NCBI GenBank assembly: GCA_045541535.1
Contig: JAZQJG010000066.1
Span: 4,136-68,135 of the forward strand
Length of the DNA stretch: 64,000 bases
Reading direction: 5' to 3'
From: Eubacteriales bacterium
Lineage (GTDB): Bacteria; Bacillota; Clostridia; Oscillospirales; QAKW01
Positions 54,722 through 64,000 of this stretch are shown here, in pieces. The notes under the pieces are model-generated. The model saw only the letters and a list, made by a program, of their open reading frames with translations. It made no database searches and was not told the origin of the DNA. Each line of letters starts with the position of its first letter. Position 1 is the first letter of the stretch. Made by a program: the position numbers and the translations under genes.

Positions 54722-54905
54722 TATGTGTTCGCGCACCCGTTATAGGTGCTCGCAAATACGGCGGGATAACCGGCAGGTTACACGCCGTCCGTGATCGTCA
54801 GCGGCGACTCGCCGCCCACTACGTGGGAATTGATCCGATCTTATGTTCGGGTACCAATTATGGGTACACGCTGATGCGATCGGATTGACAGCGGGGTCGC
54901 CCCGC
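54722..54905 (-). repeat. mosaic GC-rich hairpin-module repeat block (right flank of marR-degV, inverted)
   Basis: See the 53033-53215 block: the same modules occur as reverse complements in a different order. Confidence 0.8.
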
Positions 54906-56027
54906 TTAATTGCAGAGGGAGGCGAAGGAGTAGATGTCGGTGCTACGGGAAACGTAGGAACGGGTGATGCGGAAATTTTCGCCGTTGGTGGTGAAGGTGC
55001 CGCCGTTCATCAGCAGACCGAAACTATAATACCGCTCACAAACCTCACGGGAAAGGGTAGAACTCTTGCCGGTGGGATAGCAGATGACAAAAGGCTCCTT
55101 GCCGGTGATCTTTGCCAGAGTCTTTTTGGACCCCAACAGCTCGTCCACCAGCGCCTCCTCTCCCAGATCACTGAGGAAGGGATGGGTCACGGTGTGGCTC
55201 TGGATGGAAACCAGACCCGAGTCACTCATTTCCTTGATCTGGGCCTCGTTCATATAATGGGTGGTGCCGATGCTGCCGGTGATCACGAAAACGGTGGCCT
55301 TGGCGTTGTACTTTTTCAGTAGAGGAAGAAGTTGGGAATAGTTATCCTCATAGCCGTCGTCAAAGGTGAGCATCACCGGCTTTTCAATTTCGTCCAGTCG
55401 ACCCACGTCCTCAAAGGTGACGGTGGTGTAGCCGTTGTCACGGAGATAAATCAACTGTTTTTCCAGCTCGGAGGGACGGACGAAGAGGGAGGATATGCCC
55501 CAGGGCTCGTCGCCTACGGCGTGATACATCAAAATGGGCAACCGAATGCCCTCAGGCATCTGATCGGGATAGGCGGTGTAATAGGTAACGTTGCCGTCCT
55601 CAAAAACGTGATAATCGGGGCCGATGGGAAGAAAACGGCAGGGGAGATACCATTGGGTGCCGTCAAAGAGGGGCTTGTACCCCAGCTCTACGTCCAATTC
55701 GCCGTCGGTGAGCAGATCACTGTCGGTGGAAAGCTGATAGAGCTTGCCGGAGGCGGAAAAGGAGCAGGCGTAGGGGGCGGCATTGTCCTCGGGGGTATTT
55801 ACGGTGCCACCAAAGGCCTCGGCCAGGGCAGTTAGCCGGATATAATCGTTTTCCCCTGCGGCAAAGACGGGAAAAACTTTGCCGTCAAAGGCAACGGTTT
55901 CGCCGTTTTCCACGGGAGCGGTGTCATAGACGGGGGTGGGAGTCGGCGGCTCGGCGGGAGCGGTCGGCGTGGCCGAACAGCCTGCCAACAGACAAACCAT
56001 ACAGAATAAACAAATCAACTTTTTCAT
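54906..56027 (-). CDS. lipoprotein-type polysaccharide deacetylase (NodB homology domain)
   Basis: Lipobox LLAGCSA and NodB motifs MLTFDDGYEDNY and VSIQSHTVTH. Confidence 0.8.
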   Translation of the reverse strand: MKKLICLFCMVCLLAGCSATPTAPAEPPTPTPVYDTAPVENGETVAFDGKVFPVFAAGENDYIRLTALAEAFGGTVNTPEDNAAPYACSFSASGKLYQLSTDSDLLTDGELDVELGYKPLFDGTQWYLPCRFLPIGPDYHVFEDGNVTYYTAYPDQMPEGIRLPILMYHAVGDEPWGISSLFVRPSELEKQLIYLRDNGYTTVTFEDVGRLDEIEKPVMLTFDDGYEDNYSQLLPLLKKYNAKATVFVITGSIGTTHYMNEAQIKEMSDSGLVSIQSHTVTHPFLSDLGEEALVDELLGSKKTLAKITGKEPFVICYPTGKSSTLSREVCERYYSFGLLMNGGTFTTNGENFRITRSYVSRSTDIYSFASLCN

Positions 56028-56512
56028 TGATCTACCTCATTTGTCAAACTTTGTTTGAGCTCGGCCAGCGCCGTGTGGATCTCGGGACAAAAGTCCAGAT
56101 ACCACTGCTCGGTTTCGGCAATATATTTTTGTTTAAAGGCGGGATCGGTGGCCACGGCGCAACGGAGGTTGTGCAAACGGTCGGCCGCCTTAACGGTAAA
56201 GGCCAAGGGATTTTCCTTGATGGCGGCGATGTATTCGGCCATCTGATATCCGGGCTGTTTGGTGAGGAGCTTAACCGCTTGTAATACCTCGGCGTTGGAC
56301 AGGGCCAGAATTTCTGCTTCCGTAGCGTCGGTATCCTCCAGCAGATCGTGGAAGAGGGCGGTGATGCGGTATTCCTCTCCATACCCCCATTCCTGTACGA
56401 TGTCAGCCACGGCGGTGGGATGGGTGATATAGGGCAATCCGCCGCGACGGCGCTGATTGCTGTGCTTTTCGGCGGCGTACACCAAAGCTGCTTTGTAATC
56501 CATTGGGATCAC
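56024..56512 (-). CDS. HD domain protein (small SpoT/Mesh1-like (p)ppGpp hydrolase type)
   Basis: YITHPTAVA ... LFHDLLEDT ... KAADRLHNL. Confidence 0.8.
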   Translation of the reverse strand: MIPMDYKAALVYAAEKHSNQRRRGGLPYITHPTAVADIVQEWGYGEEYRITALFHDLLEDTDATEAEILALSNAEVLQAVKLLTKQPGYQMAEYIAAIKENPLAFTVKAADRLHNLRCAVATDPAFKQKYIAETEQWYLDFCPEIHTALAELKQSLTNEVDQ

Positions 56513-56518
56513 CTCTCG

Positions 56519-57760
56519 TTATTTTGTAATTCTGCGGCATTCCAGATAAAACCGCTTGTCATGGGATTCACCCATAGAAAAGGTTTTGCGGGGCAGGATG
56601 CCGTCGGCAAAAATGCTGTCAAAAAAGCAATCTTTTTCAATGGCGGGAAGTAAAAAACCCACGCTGTTTTCTGCTTTACAGCAGGCTTTCAGGGCCTCCT
56701 CCTCGTGGATATAATCCACCTCCGCTTCGGGATGACGGGTCAGGTAATCGTCAATAAAGCTCTGCAGGGTGCCCACGGTCAGCTTGGCGGTGGGACGGGT
56801 GAGATAGATGCCTTGCTCTTCGCCGTCGGCATAACAGCGCAGAAATTGCCCTTGCTCCCCATCCTGGGGTTGGGCGGCAAACAGTTCGGACAAAAGTTCC
56901 TCTTTGTTTACGTTGTAGAGTACACGGTGAATGGGCTCAAATACCGTACCACTGCTGTGCAGATTGGTGATCTCCACCAACATATAGCGGGCGGGATGCT
57001 CCAAAGCGGCCTCCCCCAGATTGCGCTTTACCCGCTCGTAACAGGCCTTGGCGGTGGCGATGGAATGATTGCCGTCCCCCACCAGATAGAGCAGGGGATG
57101 GCCGTATTTGGCGGCAGAGGCTTCCTTGATTGCGTTCAAAGAGGCGTCCACCTGTGCCACCTGCTCTTCGCTGAGGGTATAGCCCTTGAGATGACCGCCC
57201 CGTTGCATCAGGGTGAAATCATAGACCTTTTTCATCTTTGATTTGCTTTTCTCCAGAGGCTCAATGACGCTGAGGGTCGGATCATCGATGAGGATGAGGG
57301 CGTGGGGCAGCTCCAAGGGCGCGCCGGTGCGTACCCGTTGGCGGGGCGGAATGCGGGAGGCCACCGTTTCTTCGGTGGGACGGCAAAGGGTGGTGGCGTC
57401 GGGAGAAAAGTCGTATTCCTCCAGATCCAACACACCCACGAGCCCCTTGCGGATTCTGCCGCAATCCAGCGTGCGCTCCACGTAGATCATGGTGTTCAGA
57501 TGACGGCGCAGGATGCGCTGGTCCAGATATTCTTCCATATGCCGGTGGATGGCGTCAATGCGATCCTCCATACCACGCTCATTCAAAAAGATCTCGGGCA
57601 GGGTGAGATGCAGGGTGGAGGGAGCGTCCCCCACCTGACGGTAGAGTTCCTCCCAATATTCGGGGGAGCCGGTGTATTGATCGCAGGCGACCACGCTCCA
57701 CTTTTTCATATTTTGACCGTAGGGCAGCAGGATATCAGCGGGATAAAAACCTGTACTCAT
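56519..57760 (-). CDS. DUF1015 family protein
   Basis: 413 aa. The N-terminus ..PADILLP....MKKWSVVACDQYT and the GDGNHS block are typical of DUF1015. Confidence 0.8.
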   Translation of the reverse strand: MSTGFYPADILLPYGQNMKKWSVVACDQYTGSPEYWEELYRQVGDAPSTLHLTLPEIFLNERGMEDRIDAIHRHMEEYLDQRILRRHLNTMIYVERTLDCGRIRKGLVGVLDLEEYDFSPDATTLCRPTEETVASRIPPRQRVRTGAPLELPHALILIDDPTLSVIEPLEKSKSKMKKVYDFTLMQRGGHLKGYTLSEEQVAQVDASLNAIKEASAAKYGHPLLYLVGDGNHSIATAKACYERVKRNLGEAALEHPARYMLVEITNLHSSGTVFEPIHRVLYNVNKEELLSELFAAQPQDGEQGQFLRCYADGEEQGIYLTRPTAKLTVGTLQSFIDDYLTRHPEAEVDYIHEEEALKACCKAENSVGFLLPAIEKDCFFDSIFADGILPRKTFSMGESHDKRFYLECRRITK

Positions 57761-57777
57761 ACTGTTACTTCCTTTGT

Positions 57778-59118
57778 TTATCTCAAAAATGCGCGCATCG
57801 CGCGGTAGGTTTCGTAGACGTCGGCCTTGGAGGAGAGCTCGTAGGGGGCGTGCATAGAGAGCAGACCCACACCGATGTCCAGAGTGTCAATGTCACGGTT
57901 GGCCATATATTTGGCAACGGTACCGCCGCCGCCAACGTCCACCTTGCCCAGCTCGCCGGTCTGGAAGACCACGTTGTCCTTGCGCATAATTTCGGTGAAA
58001 TAGCGCATCACCTCGGCGGTGGCGTCGCTGGTGGAGGACTTGCCTCTGGCGCCGGTATATTTTGTCAGACAGGGACCGCAACCCAGCGTACAACCGTTTT
58101 GCTTGTCAATTACGGAAGGATAGAGGGGATCCAGGGCGGCGTTCACGTCGGCAGACAGACAATGGGAATTGGTGCAGATCTCCAGCAGATCGCCGCCGTT
58201 GGAGAGCAGAGAGAGCATTCTCTCAAAAAATCTGCCCTGCATACCGGTCACACCGTCGGAGCCCACTTCTTCCTTGTCGGCCAAAAATACGATGGCGGTC
58301 TGCTCGGGGGCGTCCACTTCCATCAGGGCCTCAAAGGCGGTGTAGGCGCAAACACGGTCGTCCTGACCGTAGGCGCCGATCAGACTCTTGTCCAGACCGA
58401 TGGCGGCGGGCTCCAGCTTGGGCACCAGCGTCAGCTCTGCGCATTGCAGATCCACTTCCTCCACACCGTATTGGTTGTAGATCAGATCCAGAATGGCGCT
58501 TTTTACCTTCTGCTCGGAGGCATCCTTGTCGGGAATACTGCCGGCGATCACCTGCAGTGCCTCGCCTTCAATGGCGTTGCTCAGGGTCTTTTGCATTTGA
58601 TCGGCGGCCAGATGGGGCAACAGATCGGAGATGCAATAGGTGATCTCTTCGTCGTGTACGTCCACGGCAGTGCCGTCCTTCTTGATGATCACACCCTCCA
58701 GGGACAGAGGAATGGCGGTCCATTGATATTTCTTGATACCGCCGTAATAATGGGTCTTAAAGAGCACCAGCTCCTCCTGCTCGGTGACGGGGTTACACTT
58801 CAGGTCCAGACGGGGGGAGTCGATGTGAGCGGCGGCAATATGCACGCCCTTTTCCATGGGTTGCTTGCCCATAACGGCAAAGGCGGCCGCCTTGCCACGG
58901 TTGTTAAAGTATACCTTGTCGCCGGTTTTGTAGACCTTGCCCTTTTCAAAGGGGAGGAAGCCGTTGGCTTCCGCCTCGGCAATCAGGAAGTTTACACAAC
59001 GCCGCTCGGTGGTGGCATCTTTTAAAAACTTCATATATTTTTCGGCAAATTTATCGCCTTGCTCCGTGGTATACTCGGTGTCGTAAACGCTCAGTTTTTT
59101 GTAGGCATGTTCACTCAT
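57778..59118 (-). CDS. M18 family aminopeptidase
   Basis: AAHIDSPRLDLK, LADKEEVGS and LSMHAPYE blocks. Confidence 0.85.
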   Translation of the reverse strand: MSEHAYKKLSVYDTEYTTEQGDKFAEKYMKFLKDATTERRCVNFLIAEAEANGFLPFEKGKVYKTGDKVYFNNRGKAAAFAVMGKQPMEKGVHIAAAHIDSPRLDLKCNPVTEQEELVLFKTHYYGGIKKYQWTAIPLSLEGVIIKKDGTAVDVHDEEITYCISDLLPHLAADQMQKTLSNAIEGEALQVIAGSIPDKDASEQKVKSAILDLIYNQYGVEEVDLQCAELTLVPKLEPAAIGLDKSLIGAYGQDDRVCAYTAFEALMEVDAPEQTAIVFLADKEEVGSDGVTGMQGRFFERMLSLLSNGGDLLEICTNSHCLSADVNAALDPLYPSVIDKQNGCTLGCGPCLTKYTGARGKSSTSDATAEVMRYFTEIMRKDNVVFQTGELGKVDVGGGGTVAKYMANRDIDTLDIGVGLLSMHAPYELSSKADVYETYRAMRAFLR

Positions 59119-59708
59119 AATGCTTTCTCCTTTTTAATTTCTTCCGCAAGTGCCAGGGCACGTTTGGTCAGTTTTACAATGTTGCCGTCGTTTTCCAGAA
59201 TATAGCGGCAATTCCGTCGCAAAAATTCTTCATCCTTCTGATGGGACAGGCGACGGAGCGCCGTTTGGCGGTCAATGCCGTCGCGGTTCATAATGCGCTC
59301 CACACAGGTATTGAGGGGGGCGATCATACCGATCACCGCCTGACATTCCTTGTCAATCCCCGTTTCAAAGAGGGTGGGGGCATCCAATAGGGCGTACTCA
59401 CTGCCGATGGCCGCCAACTCCTTGTGGACCTCGTCCACGATGGCCTGCCGCAGGATATCGTTGAGCAGGGCCAGCTTCCGGGCGTCGGCAAACACCAGCT
59501 TGCCCAGCGCTTTGCGCTGTACGCCGTCCTCGGTGAGCATTTCTGCTCCGAAATGACGGGCAATGGCCTCTCTCACGTCAGGGCGTTGATATACTTTTTC
59601 ATGGACCAGCTTGTCGCAATCAATATGGGCAAAGCCCTCCATGGCGAACAGACCGCCCACCAGCGTTTTGCCACTGCCGCTGGGGCCGCAAAGGCCGATC
59701 AAAATCAT
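59115..59708 (-). CDS. coaE: dephospho-CoA kinase
   Basis: MILIGLCGPSGSGKT P-loop in a 197-aa protein. Confidence 0.9.
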   Translation of the reverse strand: MILIGLCGPSGSGKTLVGGLFAMEGFAHIDCDKLVHEKVYQRPDVREAIARHFGAEMLTEDGVQRKALGKLVFADARKLALLNDILRQAIVDEVHKELAAIGSEYALLDAPTLFETGIDKECQAVIGMIAPLNTCVERIMNRDGIDRQTALRRLSHQKDEEFLRRNCRYILENDGNIVKLTKRALALAEEIKKEKAL

Positions 59709-60727
59709 TCTTCCACCTCCAGCACCGTAAATTCTGCCGCACGCAGTAATCGGTTGTATACCGCCAACCCCACGCCGTGTATGGCGGGGCGGCGGGCATA
59801 GATCTCGGTAACGGGGAGCTTGTCAAACTGCCGCAGGGCGGCAAAGAGCTGTCTGCTCTGGGCATCGGCATCCTCTTCTGCGCCGTAGGTACGCACGCTT
59901 TCTCCCTGCAATTCTCCCTCAAAGCAGAGAATGCCGGCGCCCTCCTTTTGCTTTTGCCGCAAAAAGGCCAATACCTGTTCTTTTTCCCCCGTAACGATGG
60001 TCAGGGGCGCCTTGGGCGCATAATGGCGATGCTTCATACCGGGGGAGAGAACGGGGCGGGTTTGATCCAGTGGGGCCAGCACGTTGGGATCAATCTCCAC
60101 ACGCAGCCCCAGAGCTTCCAGCATGGCGGGGGTGATGGCGCCGGGGCGCAGGATGCGCAGGCTGTTTTCCCCCGTGGGCAGGACCACCGTGCTCTCCACA
60201 CCCACACTGCAGGCGCCGCCGTCAATGATAGCCGCCACCTTGCCCTCCAGATCCTCCGCTGTGGTTTCAAAATCCGTGGGGGAGGGTCTGCCGGAGAGAT
60301 TGGCGCTGGGGGCCACCACGGGTACGCCCGCCGCCCGGATCAGATCTCCGGCAATGGGATGGTCGGGACAGCGCACCGCCACGGTGTCACCGCCGGCGGT
60401 GACACGGGAGGAAAGTCCCTCGGCCTTGGGCAGGATCACCGTCAGGGGGCCGGGCCAAAAGGCATCGAACAGTTTGCCGGCCAGCGGGGTGATCTCACGC
60501 GCCGCCATGGGCACCATAGAAGGGTCGGCCACGTGGGCGATAAGGGGGTTATCCGCCGGCCGGTTTTTGGCGGCAAAAATTTTGGCCACCGCCTCGTCGT
60601 TCAGGGCGTCGGCTCCCAAACCGTAGACCGTTTCGGTGGGAAAGGCCACGATCTCACCCTCCCGTAGCAGGGCGCCGCAATGGGCCAACTGCTCAGACGT
60701 TATGTTTTTAAATAATTCCGTTTTCAA
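59705..60727 (-). CDS. tsaC: L-threonylcarbamoyladenylate synthase (Sua5/YwlC type with C-terminal Sua5 domain)
   Basis: FPTETVYGLGADA, NRPADNPLI and PSANLSGRPSPT blocks. Confidence 0.9.
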   Translation of the reverse strand: MKTELFKNITSEQLAHCGALLREGEIVAFPTETVYGLGADALNDEAVAKIFAAKNRPADNPLIAHVADPSMVPMAAREITPLAGKLFDAFWPGPLTVILPKAEGLSSRVTAGGDTVAVRCPDHPIAGDLIRAAGVPVVAPSANLSGRPSPTDFETTAEDLEGKVAAIIDGGACSVGVESTVVLPTGENSLRILRPGAITPAMLEALGLRVEIDPNVLAPLDQTRPVLSPGMKHRHYAPKAPLTIVTGEKEQVLAFLRQKQKEGAGILCFEGELQGESVRTYGAEEDADAQSRQLFAALRQFDKLPVTEIYARRPAIHGVGLAVYNRLLRAAEFTVLEVEE

Positions 60728-60743
60728 ATATACAATCTTCTTT

Positions 60744-61304
60744 CTACATTGTTGCGATCATCAGCGCCAGCGCCAGACCGCCCAGCCAACGGGCGGAGAG
60801 GGGCAGGCGGGGCGCCGTTTGTAATACCAGCCCGCAACTGACTGCCAACAGCATTCCGCACAATCGCAGGGGTGGAGAACACCAATGGTGCAGTATCACC
60901 CCCACCAGATAGGCGGGTGGCGCCGCCCATGGCAGGGCGGGGGCAGACAGCAGTCCCACGCTTGTAAAATACCACAGCAGGGGGACGGGCAGGGGTGTGG
61001 CGTTCAGCCCCAGACAGAGGCTGTGTACCGCCAGCGCAAGGATAAACAAATTTGTAAAGTTTTTTGGCTTTACAATTTCTTTTAAGAACACACCCCCGAT
61101 AATGCCCAGCACAAAGGCGGGCACCGGGATCAGGGTGGGCAACAGTGGCAGACAGCCGGGGAGCAGGCAAAACACCTGACAGCCCCACAGCATTCCCGCC
61201 CCGATGGCGGGGAGCCGGGGGTAACGCCGTAACCACCGTCCCAACAACAGCCCCGTCAAAATGCGGCCGCTGTGATACAGACCCGTAAGGATCATAGGGA
61301 TCAC
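60744..61304 (-). CDS. hypothetical polytopic membrane protein
   Basis: 186-aa hydrophobic ORF filling the gap between prfA and tsaC. I recognise no family. Confidence 0.5.
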   Translation of the reverse strand: MIPMILTGLYHSGRILTGLLLGRWLRRYPRLPAIGAGMLWGCQVFCLLPGCLPLLPTLIPVPAFVLGIIGGVFLKEIVKPKNFTNLFILALAVHSLCLGLNATPLPVPLLWYFTSVGLLSAPALPWAAPPAYLVGVILHHWCSPPLRLCGMLLAVSCGLVLQTAPRLPLSARWLGGLALALMIATM

Positions 61305-61333
61305 CTCATCAAAGTATATGAGGTGAGAGGGAT

Positions 61334-62398
61334 TTATAAGCCGGCTTTCAGCTTTTCAGCCTGATCGGCGGTGATCAGAGCGTCGATCAGCTCATCCAGA
61401 TCGCCGGCCAGAGTCTGCTCCAACTTGTACAGGGTCAGTCCGATGCGGTGATCGGTCACACGGCCCTGGGGATAGTTATAGGTACGGATGCGCTCACTGC
61501 GGTCGCCGGTACCCACCTGAGTCTTGCGCTGATCGGCGATCTCGGCCTGCTGTTTGGCCATTTCCATATCCAGCAAACGGGCGCGGAGCACCTTCATGGC
61601 CTTTTCACGGTTTTTGTGCTGACTGCGCTCGTCCTGACACTCTACCACCAAACCGGTGGGCAGATGGGTGATGCGGATGGCGCTTTCCGTTTTGTTAACG
61701 TGCTGACCGCCGGCGCCGCTGGCACGGTAGGTATCTACTTGCAGGTCGGCGGGATTGATCTCAAAGTCCACTTCTTCCGCCTCGGGCAATACGGCCACCG
61801 TAACGGTGGAGGTGTGAATGCGGCCGCCGCTTTCCGTTTCGGGTACACGCTGTACACGGTGCACGCCACTCTCAAATTTATAACGGGAATAGGCGCCGTC
61901 GCCGGTGATGTTAAAGGCAATTTCCTTGATGCCGCCCAGCCCCGTTTCGTTGAGGGAGAGCACCTCGAATTTAAAGCCCTTGGTTTCGGCGTACATGGTA
62001 TACATACGGTAGAGGGCGGCGGCAAACAGCGCGGCCTCTTCACCGCCGGCACCGCCGCGGATCTCCACGATAACGTTTTTGTCGTCGTTGGGGTCACGGG
62101 GCAACAGCAGGATCTTCAGCGCCTCGGCGCTCTGCTCCATACCTTCCTTGCCTTCCTTGTACTGGGCCTCGGCCAGCTCCTTGAGCTCACTGTCTCCCAT
62201 CTCCAGCAATTCCTTGGCCTCCTCAAAGGCGGCGGAAAAACCCTTGTAACGGGCAAACTCCTCCATAATGGGGGAGAGGTGCTTGTGCTCCCGCATCAGC
62301 TTGGTATAGGTCTGCTGATCGGAGATGACGGCGGGATCGGCCAGCATATTGCCGATCTCTTCAAATCTTTTTTCAATTTCACTCAGCTTTTCAATCAT
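61334..62398 (-). CDS. prfA: peptide chain release factor 1
   Basis: PET tripeptide region [14 protein letters not shown] and GGQ ([11 protein letters not shown]). Confidence 0.95.
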   Translation of the reverse strand: MIEKLSEIEKRFEEIGNMLADPAVISDQQTYTKLMREHKHLSPIMEEFARYKGFSAAFEEAKELLEMGDSELKELAEAQYKEGKEGMEQSAEALKILLLPRDPNDDKNVIVEIRGGAGGEEAALFAAALYRMYTMYAETKGFKFEVLSLNETGLGGIKEIAFNITGDGAYSRYKFESGVHRVQRVPETESGGRIHTSTVTVAVLPEAEEVDFEINPADLQVDTYRASGAGGQHVNKTESAIRITHLPTGLVVECQDERSQHKNREKAMKVLRARLLDMEMAKQQAEIADQRKTQVGTGDRSERIRTYNYPQGRVTDHRIGLTLYKLEQTLAGDLDELIDALITADQAEKLKAGL

Positions 62399-62402
62399 AC
62401 TC

Positions 62403-62579
62403 TTATTCCTTGATCTGTTTGATATTTTTTTCCACTTTACTGCGGGGCAGCATCATTTCCCGTCCGCATCCGTCGCACCGCAGTTTAAAGTCTGCGCCGA
62501 TTCGGGTGACGGCAAATTCACGACTGCCGCAGGGGTGGGGCTTCTTCATAATGAGGATATCGCCGACGGCTATATTCAT
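62403..62579 (-). CDS. DUF951 family small protein (58 aa; not in the supplied ORF track)
   Basis: Minus-strand translation [58 protein letters not shown], with the KKPHPCGS...C.GCG pattern of DUF951. It ends 4 nt before the prfA start. Confidence 0.7.
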   Translation of the reverse strand: MNIAVGDILIMKKPHPCGSREFAVTRIGADFKLRCDGCGREMMLPRSKVEKNIKQIKE

Positions 62580-62718
62580 AAGAATGCCTCCTTTAGTACA
62601 TACATAATTATTATATCATATTTATATAAGGGATGCAAATAAAAAAACGCCAAAGTTGGGGCATACTTGCCCCTGAAAATTCATAGATATATACAAAGAT
62701 TTTTTGGAGGGAACAAAT

Positions 62719-63660
62719 ATGAAGGAAATCTCTTATCGAAGTGAGGGGATCAAAAATCCGGGAGACGAGGTATACCTCTCTTCTCTCAGAGGACTTCAGA
62801 CCGCTATGCGGCAGGGGCGTATCCTGCAGGCCCGTTGCGTGATGTGCGATGCGGAACACAATTTATACGTGGAGCTGGGAGAGCGACGGGGCATTATCCC
62901 CCGTGAGGAGGCGGCTCTGGGCATTCGTGAGGGCACGGTGCGGGACGTGGCCATTATTACGAGAGTTAACAAAATGGTCAGCTTTAAGGTGATCAGCGCC
63001 CAGGAGGACGAGGTGGTGCTCTCCCGTGCCGCCGCCCAGCGGGAGTGTCGGGAGATGCTTTTTTCCACCCTTTCACCGGGGGATATTCTGCCCGCCCGCA
63101 TCACCCATCTGGAGCCCTTCGGGGCCTTTGCGGATATCGGATGCGGCATCGTGAGTATGATTTCCATTGATAATATTTCCGTCAGTCGGATCCGTCATCC
63201 CGCCGATCGGTTTTGTGTGGGAATGGAGATTCTGGCGGTGGTGCGGGAGGTGGATCGGGAACAATTTCGCATCAATCTCTCCCATAAGGAATTACTGGGC
63301 ACCTGGTCGGAAAATGCCGCCTTGTTTGAGGCGGGGCAAACGGTCAGCGGGATCGTGCGCAGTGTGGAGAATTACGGTATTTTCGTGGAACTGGCCCCCA
63401 ATCTGGCGGGACTGGCGGAATATGCCGAAGGCATCACGCCCGGCACATTGGCCGGGGTGTATATCAAGAGTATTTTGCCCGATAAAATGAAAATCAAGCT
63501 GGCCATCGTGGATACGGGGGAAACGGCGCCCCGTCCCGCCCGACCCGAATATTTTATCAGTGAAGGGCGATTGGAGCATTGGCGCTATTCTCCCGAAGAA
63601 TGCCCGCGGCTGATAGAAACGGTATTTCTGCCCCAAGCCGCCGCACTTCCATACGAATAA
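62719..63660 (+). CDS. S1 RNA-binding domain protein (three S1-like modules)
   Basis: PGDILPARITHLEPFGAFADIG and GQTVSGIVRSVENYGIFVELA S1 signatures. The ATG at 62719 follows a GGAGGG RBS. Confidence 0.8.
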   Translation: MKEISYRSEGIKNPGDEVYLSSLRGLQTAMRQGRILQARCVMCDAEHNLYVELGERRGIIPREEAALGIREGTVRDVAIITRVNKMVSFKVISAQEDEVVLSRAAAQRECREMLFSTLSPGDILPARITHLEPFGAFADIGCGIVSMISIDNISVSRIRHPADRFCVGMEILAVVREVDREQFRINLSHKELLGTWSENAALFEAGQTVSGIVRSVENYGIFVELAPNLAGLAEYAEGITPGTLAGVYIKSILPDKMKIKLAIVDTGETAPRPARPEYFISEGRLEHWRYSPEECPRLIETVFLPQAAALPYE

Positions 63661-63708
63661 ATTAAAATATCCGCCCCTCGAGGCGCACTCCGTAAGGAAG
63701 TGCGCCTC

Positions 63709-63890
63709 AACTAAGTTTGCCCTTTCGGGCAAGTGAAGTTATCTGCGATCGTGAAGTTGTCCTGCGGACAGTGAAGTTTCGCCTACGGCGAAATGGGCAA
63801 ACTTAACTTCACTTGGTCTGCAAGACCAAGCTTCACTGTGAGCAAAGCGAGCAACTTCACTTTTGCGTCAGCAAAAACTTCACTTCACAA
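63709..63890. repeat. octamer array: 3x GTGAAGTT then 3-4x inverted AACTTCAC, interleaved with mini-hairpins
   Basis: GTGAAGTT at 63733, 63751 and 63771. AACTTCAC at 63805, 63853 and 63876, with AGCTTCAC at 63829. Between them lie gtcc-tgc-ggac, tcgcc-tac-ggcga, ttggtc-tgca-gaccaa and ttttgc-gtca-gcaaaa. Confidence 0.75.
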
Positions 63891-64000
63891 GCCGAAAAGA
63901 ATCTGCTGTTTTTCGTCAAGTATTTACCTTTCTCAAAGTATGTAACCCACTATGACACTTTCACAATCCTTGTGCAAAGTGTCATTTGTTTTGTGTAGAT

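Noticed and set aside
60744-61304. Whether the hydrophobic 186-aa ORF between prfA and tsaC replaces prmC (the release-factor methyltransferase usually found there).
   Set aside because: The protein has no methyltransferase motifs (no GxGxG, no NPPY). It is simply an unassigned membrane protein, and prmC is presumably elsewhere. This is not strong enough to count as a finding.
1-64000. Search for CRISPR arrays, tRNA/rRNA genes, prophage, IS elements, integrases and toxin-antitoxin pairs.
   Set aside because: No repeat-spacer periodicity of CRISPR size was seen; the heptamer and octamer tracts are too short and have no spacers. I found no tRNA-like T-arm/acceptor patterns. No ORF carries transposase, integrase or phage structural signatures. 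Absence is judged by eye only.

Overview
Chromosomal segment of a GC-rich Gram-positive anaerobe. It looks Clostridia/Oscillospiraceae-like by gene order and protein flavour, but the taxon is inference. There are about 50 protein genes. I recognised no rRNA, tRNA, CRISPR array, transposase or integrase. Most content is housekeeping: partial rhaD, an ACT/UPF0210 pair, cysE-cysS behind a T-box leader, pgsA-rimO-recX-recA, prfB, RNase J, yybS-gdpP-rplI-dnaB-tilS-hpt-ftsH, coaE, tsaC/sua5 and prfA. Also present are a yybP-ykoY (Mn2+) riboswitch-controlled P-type ATPase, a gcdDCB-like Na+-pump decarboxylase membrane module, and a 2021-aa SLH-anchored surface protein. The stand-out region is 15.6-26.5 kb, with seven co-directional genes that have no housekeeping explanation. 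They encode an orphan Card1-like CARF/PD-(D/E)xK protein, three proteins built from YbjN-like modules, and a tandem RyR-domain protein. They also encode a 1347-aa soluble Clp-D2 + receiver-like + FtsH-AAA + M41 protease chimera and an 844-aa membrane protein ending in another RyR-like domain. I propose this as a candidate uncharacterised signalling or defence system. A second theme is that almost every long intergenic spacer carries mosaic repeat families. These include a ~260-nt element that is followed by its own terminator in each full copy, GC-rich hairpin modules in shuffled order, YGAATAR heptamer tracts, and a GTGAAGTT/AACTTCAC octamer array. All protein calls rest on motifs I recognise in the supplied translations; no database search was run.
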